A stretch of DNA of 35,746 nucleotides, from the NCBI GenBank assembly GCA_031281515.1, contig JAITFF010000021.1:1-35746 (forward strand), read 5' to 3'. The notes beneath the pieces were generated by a model. The model saw only the letters and a program-made list of their open reading frames with translations. It was not told where the DNA came from and searched no databases. Both the position numbers and the translations under genes were made by a program. The DNA is from Holosporales bacterium. Its GTDB lineage: Bacteria > Pseudomonadota > Alphaproteobacteria > RUG11792. The stretch's first letter is position 1, and every line of letters begins with the position of its first letter. This document shows positions 1 through 7,830 of this stretch, one piece after another.

Positions 1-165
1 CAGGCTCTTAAAGATATCGATAAGGTCTGGGAAACCTTGCATTTTCAGGAACAGAGAAAGATTGTGAAGTTACTGATCAAAACCGTTGCTGTGGATAATT
101 CTGGCATCAAAATCATTCTGAATCACGAAGGTGCGCATGAACTAGTAAAGGAGATGGCGGCGTGA
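1..165 (+). CDS. large serine recombinase, distal part (5' end outside window; probably one disrupted gene with 162..545)
   Basis: Frame 1 is open from the window edge to TGA 163-165: QALKDIDKVWETLHFQEQRKIVKLLIKTVAVDNSGIKIILNHEGAHELVKEMAA*. It resembles the distal region of alphaproteobacterial 'recombinase family' large serine recombinases as I remember them. It is absent from the ORF track because it has no start codon. Confidence 0.5.
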   Translation, partial: QALKDIDKVWETLHFQEQRKIVKLLIKTVAVDNSGIKIILNHEGAHELVKEMAA

Positions 166-545
166 CATTTGCGATAAATCCAGAAGATCTTTACATGGAA
201 TTTACCACGAAACGCAAAGGCGGTAGGACGTGGATCATAACACCTGACGGCAGCGATCCCGTATTCGAGAAGGTAAAAGTGGACAACACGATCTTCAAGG
301 CATTGGTCAAAGCGCATTTATGGCAACGCTATATTCGTAATGGACGCTTTGCTTCTATGAAAGACCTGGCTGAAAAGAAAGGCATTGCTGAATCCTACGT
401 AAGGAAAGTTATAAATCTCAACTACCTTTCTCCGAAGATTAAAGAAATGATCTTAGATGGCAAATTTCCAAAGCACATTAGCCTCCAGGATATCCTCTAC
501 AATACTCCAATCCTGTGGTTTGAGCAGGAGAAATTCTGCAAGTAA
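162..545 (+). CDS. recombinase C-terminal module (HTH-like, LNYLSPKIKEMILDG motif), separate frame overlapping the previous ORF by GTGA
   Basis: 127-aa ORF. KRKGGRTWIITPDG...ALVKAHLWQRYIRNGRFASMKDLAEKKGIAESYVRKVINLNYLSPKIKEMILDGKFPKHISLQDIL matches the remembered C-terminal signature (...YVSRvLRLtlLAPDIveAILdGrqP...) that is fused to the recombinase in full-length homologues. Confidence 0.55.
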   Translation: MTFAINPEDLYMEFTTKRKGGRTWIITPDGSDPVFEKVKVDNTIFKALVKAHLWQRYIRNGRFASMKDLAEKKGIAESYVRKVINLNYLSPKIKEMILDGKFPKHISLQDILYNTPILWFEQEKFCK

Positions 546-676
546 AGTTTGGAGTTATTTATATACCAGATAGACCGAGATAAATACTTATATACATAAG
601 TTGAACTGTAAGATTAACACTTTGTTAACTCTGCGAATATAGAATTGAATGCGAGTTTAACTAATACTGTGGATAT

Positions 677-1678
677 GTGACTATGATAGACCCCGCAAAG
701 CGACAAAACAGAAAATTATCTTTTAGTCCTAAATTACACGCAATAATTTTCACGTTAATTATCAATACAATTATTGGTAGTGCAGAATCTTCGCAACAAA
801 CCAATACAATTAAAGGGAGAGACCGTTGGATAGAGTATGAAGTTGCATACCCTGATGATTGGACATCGGCAAGTCAGATTTGTTATTCAGATAAAGGCCT
901 CCCGAAAAAGCTCGATGAATACATCGTAAGCCATGCAGGGATTATCAAGGAATTAAACTTATATGGGATTGACATAGCGAACATACAGGTAATTATGCCG
1001 CAATTACGGATGCTAAGGTTGCAAGTCAATTACATAGGAGACAATGCATTTGAGAAGGCTCCAAATTTAGAAGCCATTATAATAAATCCATCAACAAATT
1101 ATAGAATCACAACAATCAGTCCGCTAGCATTCGCAAATCTGGAAAAGCTACAGAAAATTTACATGGACCCGTCAATCTTAGAATCATACATGAGCTCGCA
1201 AGCCCAATTCGTGCAGCCGTTTAAGGGGTGCAACACATTCTGTAAAATATATACCGATCGCGACGCATTCTACGCAGATGATGAGTCATCGCCAGGGTGC
1301 CTCGGAACGGTTAGTGAAATCAGCGGCTTGAACCTACAAGGGTTACGAGTGTCCATAGGCTCGGAGAGAGCAAACTTGCCTCCACAGAATCCGACTCAGT
1401 CGCCCGGCTTTAATCAATATCAAGCCACGGCGACATATCCCGGCCCAGCACGTGTAAGGGTGGAGGAGGTTCCATCACCGGAGAATATATATGCTGATCC
1501 AGTGAACCCCACTCCTCCTCACCCATCACTTGGCAAGGTGGAGGAGGTTCCAACAGTATCGATACCACTCAAGAGGTCGGTGCCACCTAAAGCACCTCCT
1601 GTAAAGGGAACTGCTGGTAAATCTGTGGCAGTACCAGCTAGGAACCCAGCACCAGTGCCGAGAAGGGCGCGTCGATAA
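677..1678 (+). CDS. secreted/membrane-anchored BspA-type leucine-rich-repeat protein with proline-rich C-terminus
   Basis: 333-aa ORF (GTG 677 or ATG 683). Hydrophobic N-terminal segment LHAIIFTLIINTIIGSA. LRR_5/BspA-like repeats (IGDNAFEKAPNLEAIIINPSTNYRITTISPLAFANLEKLQKIYM). C-terminal third is P-rich with two VEEVP repeats and ENIYADP. Confidence 0.6.
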   Translation: MTMIDPAKRQNRKLSFSPKLHAIIFTLIINTIIGSAESSQQTNTIKGRDRWIEYEVAYPDDWTSASQICYSDKGLPKKLDEYIVSHAGIIKELNLYGIDIANIQVIMPQLRMLRLQVNYIGDNAFEKAPNLEAIIINPSTNYRITTISPLAFANLEKLQKIYMDPSILESYMSSQAQFVQPFKGCNTFCKIYTDRDAFYADDESSPGCLGTVSEISGLNLQGLRVSIGSERANLPPQNPTQSPGFNQYQATATYPGPARVRVEEVPSPENIYADPVNPTPPHPSLGKVEEVPTVSIPLKRSVPPKAPPVKGTAGKSVAVPARNPAPVPRRARR

Positions 1679-2083
1679 CTCCAAGCTTCGGCCTGAATCA
1701 TCCTGAGTTCACGTAACTCCCAGCTGTCCAGAATTTGATGGGGTAGATTCTTACTAATGCCATGGTTTTGGAGCAAAAAGTTCGAATCCCCACCGAGAAA
1801 ATGGGCGGTGGTACCTATAAATTCATCCCTAGCAAAGCCTTGGTTTTCAAGGGGTTGAAGTACAGCAAAATTTTATACTTCCAGGTTTTACTCCAAGCGG
1901 CGCCCTTCGATATAGCAAAGGGCGCTGGTTTGGAGTTATGGAGTCATTTTTGGTGTAAAAACTGCCATTTTTGGTGATTTTTGCAAGATCGAAAGGGCGC
2001 CGACTAACCCCAAAAAGCTTCAGGAATCAACGGCTCTAGAGGTATGCCATAATTTTCACGGAGTAGTATTTAAAAGACAAATC

Positions 2084-2174
2084 TGGCGGAGAGAGGGGGA
2101 TTCGAACCCCCGGCACGGCCGGGCCGTGCAACGGTTTTCGAGACCGCCCCATTCAACCACTCTGGCACCTCTCC
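2084..2174 (-). tRNA. tRNA-Ser (anticodon CGA)
   Basis: Reverse complement reads GGAGAGGTGCCAGAGTGGTTGAATGGGGCGGTCTCGAAAACCGT...long variable arm...GGGGGTTCGAATCCCCCTCTCTCCGCCA. It has a 7-bp acceptor stem, anticodon loop CTCGAAA, long extra arm (class II tRNA), T-loop GTTCGAATC and encoded CCA. Confidence 0.93.
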
Positions 2175-2321
2175 CCTGGTATTCTCTCCAAAATAACACA
2201 TTCACGACCCTGATCACAACCTAGCGCTTACCCTCTAAATTTCTTACTTCTATTTCCTCATCAGATCGGGCAGAATCTTCTTCTAGATTTTTAACGTGCG
2301 ATCCATCTCCAAAAAAAAACA

Positions 2322-2804
2322 ATGAGTGAAAAACCAAATGAAAATTTCAAAATAGTCGCCAAAAATAAGAAGGCAAAGTTTAATTATGAAATACTGGAGA
2401 CCACTGAGGCCGGGATCATTTTGACTGGATCAGAGGTTAAATCCATTCGCAATGGCCGGGTTAGTATCAACGAGGCCTTCGTCGGTTCAAAGGCTGATTC
2501 CATGGATGTGTTTCTGTTCAATTCCGATATTTCAACATATAAACAGGCGAGCTACAACAATCACGAACCCAGACGTCCCCGAGTTCTTCTCCTGCATAAA
2601 GCTCAGAGGAACAAGTTCCTGAATGCCATTCAAAAGAAGGGAATGACAATCGTGCCACTAACCATGTATTTCAATCATAGAGGAATGTTAAAAATTAGTA
2701 TAGCCCTCGCAAAAGGTAAAAATGTGGTCGACAAAAGAGAAACGATTAAAACGAGGGATTGGAACTTAGAAAAAGCACGTCTCCTGAAAAATTTTAATAA
2801 ATAA
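2322..2804 (+). CDS. smpB: SsrA-binding protein SmpB
   Basis: 160 aa. Typical SmpB signature: IAKNKKAKFNYEILETTEAGIILTGSEVKSIR...VLLLHK...GMTIVPL. Confidence 0.95.
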   Translation: MSEKPNENFKIVAKNKKAKFNYEILETTEAGIILTGSEVKSIRNGRVSINEAFVGSKADSMDVFLFNSDISTYKQASYNNHEPRRPRVLLLHKAQRNKFLNAIQKKGMTIVPLTMYFNHRGMLKISIALAKGKNVVDKRETIKTRDWNLEKARLLKNFNK

Positions 2805-2812
2805 CTATCGCG

Positions 2813-3586
2813 ATGAGAATTAAAATAATCATTGAATACGATGGGACCGGGTTCGCCGGTTGGCAAAGGCAGGACAACTCCAATAATACAGTTCAGGAGA
2901 CCCTGGAAAAGGCAATCGAAAAAGTCTTTGATTATCGAGAAAGAATTACCCTCTACGGAGCTGGGCGGACGGATGCCGGTGTACACGCGACGGGACAGGT
3001 TGCTCATTTTGATATCCTATCGGATCTACTCGTCGAAAGGTGGATGAGAAATGCTCATAAACTAGTCAGAGCAGTGAACTTCTATCTAATAGAAACTGGG
3101 GTCGTGGTCCTAGGGGCTGACATCGTTCCCGATGACTTTCATGCCAGATTTTCAGCGAAAATGAGACATTACGAGTATATAATCCTTAACCGGGAAACGT
3201 CCTCAGTAATCGTCGCTCGCCATTCATGGCACGTCTCCAAAACACTCGACATACTGCCAATGCGGAAGGCCGCCGAATATTTTGTTGGGAAACACAATTT
3301 ATCAGCCTTTCGATCGGCCGAATGTTCCGCCAATAACACGGAACGAAATATTTCGTCGGTAGTCGTAGACAAAATAGGGCAACTCATCACTATATCGGTT
3401 TCGGCGCGGTCGTTTCTTCATAATCAGGTACGTATCATGGTCGGGACTCTCCGAATGATTGGAGCCGGGGAAAAAGAGCCGGAAATTATACCGGTTCTCC
3501 TTGAAAGCGGTGACAGAAGGAATGCCGGACCAACGGCGCCAGCCTGTGGACTGTATTTGAGGAGGATCGATTATGAATCTCCATAG
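2813..3586 (+). CDS. truA: tRNA pseudouridine(38-40) synthase TruA
   Basis: 257 aa. MRIKIIIEYDGTGFAGWQRQ and the catalytic GAGRTDAGVHATGQVAHF motif. Confidence 0.95.
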   Translation: MRIKIIIEYDGTGFAGWQRQDNSNNTVQETLEKAIEKVFDYRERITLYGAGRTDAGVHATGQVAHFDILSDLLVERWMRNAHKLVRAVNFYLIETGVVVLGADIVPDDFHARFSAKMRHYEYIILNRETSSVIVARHSWHVSKTLDILPMRKAAEYFVGKHNLSAFRSAECSANNTERNISSVVVDKIGQLITISVSARSFLHNQVRIMVGTLRMIGAGEKEPEIIPVLLESGDRRNAGPTAPACGLYLRRIDYESP

Positions 3587-4295
3587 ATCAGATATCTCGA
3601 AATTAGCGCATACCTACGGAATCCCTTCGAGAGAAACTCTCCTCCTGCTGGCACATGTATTGGCAACCGATTATACATCGCTCTTCTTTTCGAACAAGAT
3701 TCACATTTCGGAGGACGAGTATCGGATATTTTTGGACTGCATAAAAAGACATTCCATTGGAGAACCCATCGCCAAAATTATCGGGAAAAAGGAATTCTAC
3801 GGTTTAGAATTTAAGACGACGAGGGATACCCTCGATCCGCGTCCAGAAACCGAGATGATCATCGATTTATTCCGAGAAAAATATCCCGACGACTCGGCAC
3901 ACCTCGATATTCTGGATCTTGGAGCTGGGACAGGCTGTATCGGGATCACCCTCCTGACACTATACCCGAGGGCCACTTGTACTTTTGTAGATATCGATGA
4001 AAAGGCTCTCGCAGTGGCGAGATATAACGCATCTGCACTCAGACTACTATCTCGCAGCTCTTTCACTCTGAGCGACTGGTTCTCCAACATCGAGAGTCGG
4101 CGGTTCGATGTTATAGTCACCAACCCGCCGTACGTCCGAGATGATTTCGAGTTGAAGGGCGGGGTATTGTTCGATCCACCGGTGGCCCTTTTTGGAGGCC
4201 CAGATGGACAGAGGGATATTCACACAATCCTCAGACAATCTCCCATTTATTTGAAGGAGAATGGGGTCCTGATTATGGAAGGACTGGAATGCTAG
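3573..4295 (+). CDS. prmC: release-factor glutamine N5-methyltransferase (PrmC/HemK family)
   Basis: 240 aa. SAM-binding motif ILDLGAGTGCIGITL and the catalytic NPPY motif (VTNPPYV). Overlaps the truA stop by 14 nt. The N-terminal domain is rather short. Confidence 0.82.
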   Translation: MNLHRSDISKLAHTYGIPSRETLLLLAHVLATDYTSLFFSNKIHISEDEYRIFLDCIKRHSIGEPIAKIIGKKEFYGLEFKTTRDTLDPRPETEMIIDLFREKYPDDSAHLDILDLGAGTGCIGITLLTLYPRATCTFVDIDEKALAVARYNASALRLLSRSSFTLSDWFSNIESRRFDVIVTNPPYVRDDFELKGGVLFDPPVALFGGPDGQRDIHTILRQSPIYLKENGVLIMEGLEC

Positions 4296-4657
4296 CATAG
4301 TCTCCTCACTTAACTCGCAAGCTTCGGTGCAGACGGGACCCTCGAGTTAGAAGCGGCTTTGCATATATCAAAGGAGGAATGCAGATTGTGAGGAAGAGGT
4401 TGTGCCCGGCAGCTATAGCTGGAAAAAAAATCACGACAAGGCGCCTTGGCTAGGGTCGTAAAAAGACTCGAAAGAAAGAACAAACCAGCGAAAGAGACGT
4501 GTGTGCCGTGATGAAGAATTTGCTGCATGAGTTGCTTAGGGTACTGAAAAATGGGCAGCTTTTCGACGACATCGAATCATTCAGTCAGCGATTTTGTCCG
4601 TTTTTTCGTTGACTCGAAACGTAGTATCTTGACAACTGGGGCCTCCCTAGCTCCGCT

Positions 4658-5527
4658 TCATAGCTTTCCTCCCGAGGCCCAACCTCCGGTTAGTTGCCCT
4701 GGCTGGGCTTGCACAACTGGTGCAGGGGCAGGATACTGCGAGCGTGCCCCAACCCAAGGCGGGGGAGGCGTGGAGGCAGCTACCGCAGTCCTCTGTAGCG
4801 GAGACGAGCTATATGGATTACCTGCGGGATATCCGGTAGCTCTTGGTTGTGGGGAAAGGGTAGTACCACCCTGTTGCGAAGGGACGACTCCCCACCCACC
4901 CGTTCCAGGAATGGCTTGTGCTTGCCCTAATGGGGTTCTGGTCGCTACAGTTGTGGGACCTGATTGCGATTGCCACTGAGCTGAAGCAGGGGGTTGAGGA
5001 GCTCCCCACTGATTTCCCGCATATCCTGCCTGAGAATTGAAAGTAGAGAGAGTGGGGTAAACCGGAGCCAGCGGCGCCCTTCCAGTTGCAGCTGGAGGGG
5101 GCACAGCTCCCAGAAATTGGGTCGTAGGTGTTGCCGGAAGGGCGGCTACTGCCCCTCCGGGAGGTAATCCCGGCGGAGGAGGCGCTACTACTCCTGTGTT
5201 GTAGCCCCCGACCTGATTTACGGGGACAGGGGCAGCTGGAGGTAAACCCACTCCATTTGCCTGGTGCATAAGGGCGGCCACTTGAGCTTCAGCGCTGGCC
5301 TGACCGACCTTAATCTGATTCGCCACCGCTGCCCCTTGCTGCTTTAGTTCCCATATCTTTTGAAAGGCTTCTGTCCCTTGTTTGGTGAAGTCTCCTACTG
5401 CTTTGCCTAATTGGCTGAAGTCGAAGGCTTCGGTTACTGGAGAGCTTAGCGCCGAGATGGACACTACCGCCCACGCGGCCTTGCAAACAATTCTCTTGGT
5501 TGCAACAGTCAATTGGATTGAGGCCAT
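4658..5527 (-). CDS. secreted Pro/Gly/Gln/Ala-rich low-complexity protein (unknown function)
   Basis: 289-aa ORF. Signal-like N-terminus (KAAWAVVSISALSSPVTEA), a short helical region, then about 200 aa of P/G/Q/A-rich sequence. The segment is visibly more GC-rich than its flanks. The opposite-strand ORF 4551..4979 looks like a shadow. Confidence 0.6.
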   Translation of the reverse strand: MASIQLTVATKRIVCKAAWAVVSISALSSPVTEAFDFSQLGKAVGDFTKQGTEAFQKIWELKQQGAAVANQIKVGQASAEAQVAALMHQANGVGLPPAAPVPVNQVGGYNTGVVAPPPPGLPPGGAVAALPATPTTQFLGAVPPPAATGRAPLAPVYPTLSTFNSQAGYAGNQWGAPQPPASAQWQSQSGPTTVATRTPLGQAQAIPGTGGWGVVPSQQGGTTLSPQPRATGYPAGNPYSSSPLQRTAVAASTPPPPWVGARSQYPAPAPVVQAQPGQLTGGWASGGKL

Positions 5528-5624
5528 ACTTCCCCCGTTATCGAAATATCGATTTACTTTTGCTCTAAACGCTACTTCGATTGTACGGGGGAGTGGATTA
5601 ATTAATTGTTAACTATATTGTTGA

Positions 5625-5798
5625 TTACTTGTGCTTAACTGCTTTTTGTTCAGAAAAACAGCGGCGTTCCTGGTATTCACTTTGTTTTCCTTTATTAAAG
5701 GCCGACGTCGGGCGGTAATATCCCATAACTCGAGTCCAGACCTCGCATACTGTCCTACCTTCATTCTTAATCTCGATAACTTCTTTCCTATTATCCAT
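5625..5798 (-). CDS. glycyl-radical C-terminal segment of anaerobic RNR (NrdD), encoded as a separate 57-codon ORF in the +1 frame
   Basis: My own translation gives MDNRKEVIEIKNEGRTVCEVWTRVMGYYRPTSAFNKGKQSEYQERRCFSEQKAVKHK*. CEVWTRVMGYYRP...FNKGK..E is the NrdD glycyl-radical signature (RVxGY) plus the last Zn-site Cys. The ATG (5798-5796) overlaps the nrdD stop (ATGGATAA). It falls below the 60-aa cut-off of the ORF track. Confidence 0.75.
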   Translation of the reverse strand: MDNRKEVIEIKNEGRTVCEVWTRVMGYYRPTSAFNKGKQSEYQERRCFSEQKAVKHK

Positions 5799-7830
5799 TG
5801 GCTACCTCCTTCTCTCCAAGTACTCTCGCTGCCAGAAACTGTTGTCTCTTGAGTTCTTCGTCGCACTTCGGGCAGTACCTATGTTCCCCCCGCAAATATC
5901 CGTGTCTCGGACAAATTGAGAACGTCGGAGTTATTGTTATATATGGTATTTTATATTTTGTCAAGACCCGTCGTACCAATTCCTTACAGACCGAATAATC
6001 TGAGACTCGTTCCCCAAGATATAGATGAATAACGGTTCCGCCCGTGTATTTCCTCTGTAATTCCTCCTGGTGATCCAGCGCTTCGAACAAATCTTCTGTA
6101 TATGCGACAGGCAATTGGGACGAATTCGTGTAATACGGCGCCTCTTTCGGACCGGCTTGAATGATATCGGGATATCTCCGGGCGTCCTCTTTCGCGAATC
6201 GATACATACACCCCTCCGCCGGCGTTGCCTCCAGATTGTACAGATGTCCAGTCTCTACCTGGAATTCGACGAGCCTCTCCCTGATGTGATCCAATATTCT
6301 CAGGGCCATTTCTTTTCCATCCGGAGCTGCTATGTCGATTACATCATTCGTAAAGTTCCGAATCATTTCATTTAAGCCATTAACTCCAATCGTTGAGAAG
6401 TGATTCTTGAAGGTTCCGAGGTATCGCTTGGTAAAGGGATACAAGCCGTATTCCATCAGCCTCGCCACTACTTTCCTCTTAATTTCCAGGCTATTCTTTG
6501 CCAGTTTCAGAAGTTCATCTAAATGAACGAGTAGCCCAGCCTCATCCTTTTTATGTAGGTAACCAAGTCTGGCGCAATTTATCGTTACGACTCCGATCGA
6601 ACCGGTCTGTTCAGCAGATCCGAACAGGCTATTCCCTCGTTTCAATAGCTCTCTCAAATCGAGCTGCAGTCTACAGCACATCGAGCGAATCATGTTAGGG
6701 CTGAGGTCAGAGTTTATAAAATTCTGGAAATATGGAATTCCATACTTTGCCGTCATTTCGAATAATATATCCACATTCTTTCCATCCCAGTCAAAATCTT
6801 TGGAGATATTGTAGGTAGGAATTGGAAACGTAAAAACCCGGCCACTTCTGTCTCCTCTGGTCATGACCTCAATGTACGCCTTATTGATCATGTCCATTTC
6901 TTTCTGGAGAGTACCATACGTAAAATCCAGTTCTTCCCCGCCGACTATGGGGTGTTCATCTTTGAGATCCTCCGGGCAAACCCAATCGAACGTAAGATTG
7001 GTAAATGGTGTTTGAGTTCCCCATCGAGTCGGAACATTCAGGTTATAGATGAATGATTGCATCTCCTGATAAACCTGCTTATACGTCAGATTATCGATCC
7101 TGACGAACGGAGCCATATATGTATCGAATGAACTGAAGGCCTGAGCTCCAGCCCATTCGTTTTGCAAGGTCCCCAGAAAATTCACAATCTGAGACAGGGC
7201 GGTCGATAAGTGTCTCGCGGGTGATGCTTCAGCCTTCCCGCTGACTCCATTAAATCCCTCTTGAACGAGCATTCTCAAGGACCAGCCAGCGCAGTACCCG
7301 GAGAGCATATCTAAATCGTGGATATGCATAAATCCATTGATATGCGCTTCCGATATTTTCGATGTATAGATCCTATTTAACCAGTAATTTGCGATGACCT
7401 TCCCAGATAGATTCAGGATGAGTCCACCCAATGAATACCCTAGGTTCGCATTAGCTTTGACTCTCCAATCGAGTTGATCAATGTAATCGTCCACGCTCGA
7501 AACGGCATTGACGAATGACTGGTGCTCGGCCCTTAATTTTGCATGTTGCTCTCTGTAAAGGATGTAAGCCTTCGCCGTCGTTACGTATCCATGCTCGATG
7601 AGGACTCTTTCGACTATATCCTGTATATCCTCGATACTCGGTGCTGATTTGGGATACTTCTTCGCGAGGAGGGATGTCACCTTGAAGGCAAGCATTCTGG
7701 CCTCTCCGACATCAAATTCATTCGTCGCACTCGCCGCTCCGGCAATCGCTTTCGTTATTTTTTCTGTATCAAATGGAGCAAACGTTCCATCTCTCTTAAT
7801 TACAAAATTTAAAATCGCATCATTCGCCAT
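5791..7830 (-). CDS. nrdD: anaerobic ribonucleoside-triphosphate reductase (class III RNR) NrdD, lacking the glycyl-radical tail
   Basis: 679 aa. N-terminal ATP-cone (VIKRDGTFAPFDTEKITKAI), class III core, and C-terminal ITITPTFSICPRHGYLRGEHRYCPKCDEE Zn-ribbon. The ORF stops about 20 codons later, before any RVxGY motif. Confidence 0.9.
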   Translation of the reverse strand: MANDAILNFVIKRDGTFAPFDTEKITKAIAGAASATNEFDVGEARMLAFKVTSLLAKKYPKSAPSIEDIQDIVERVLIEHGYVTTAKAYILYREQHAKLRAEHQSFVNAVSSVDDYIDQLDWRVKANANLGYSLGGLILNLSGKVIANYWLNRIYTSKISEAHINGFMHIHDLDMLSGYCAGWSLRMLVQEGFNGVSGKAEASPARHLSTALSQIVNFLGTLQNEWAGAQAFSSFDTYMAPFVRIDNLTYKQVYQEMQSFIYNLNVPTRWGTQTPFTNLTFDWVCPEDLKDEHPIVGGEELDFTYGTLQKEMDMINKAYIEVMTRGDRSGRVFTFPIPTYNISKDFDWDGKNVDILFEMTAKYGIPYFQNFINSDLSPNMIRSMCCRLQLDLRELLKRGNSLFGSAEQTGSIGVVTINCARLGYLHKKDEAGLLVHLDELLKLAKNSLEIKRKVVARLMEYGLYPFTKRYLGTFKNHFSTIGVNGLNEMIRNFTNDVIDIAAPDGKEMALRILDHIRERLVEFQVETGHLYNLEATPAEGCMYRFAKEDARRYPDIIQAGPKEAPYYTNSSQLPVAYTEDLFEALDHQEELQRKYTGGTVIHLYLGERVSDYSVCKELVRRVLTKYKIPYITITPTFSICPRHGYLRGEHRYCPKCDEELKRQQFLAARVLGEKEVANG

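Noticed and set aside
1380-1678. Specific SH3-binding (RxxPxxP / PxxPxK/R) motif calls in the proline-rich tail of the LRR protein.
   Set aside because: On checking residue spacing, none of the candidate stretches (RSVPPKAPPVK, NPAPVPRR) fits the strict class I/II consensus, so only 'proline-rich' is claimed.
1680-2320. Looked for a tmRNA (ssrA) gene next to smpB, including a two-piece alphaproteobacterial form.
   Set aside because: There is no tag-peptide reading frame (ANDN...-type) on either strand. The T-loop-like GTTCGAATCCCC at 1780 lacks a pairing T-stem and no acceptor...CCA follows. The only real tRNA-like gene here is tRNA-Ser(CGA).
4551-4979. 142-aa plus-strand ORF (Gly/Cys/Pro-rich).
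   Set aside because: It is an antisense shadow of the GC-rich Pro/Gly-rich gene 4658..5527, with no SD or signal features. GC-rich low-complexity coding regions commonly keep the opposite strand open.
5609-5866. 85-aa ORF from the track that covers the region downstream of nrdD.
   Set aside because: It is in a different frame from the conserved NrdD glycyl-radical motif and its sequence has no recognisable features. The biologically meaningful frame is the unlisted 57-codon ORF 5625..5798.
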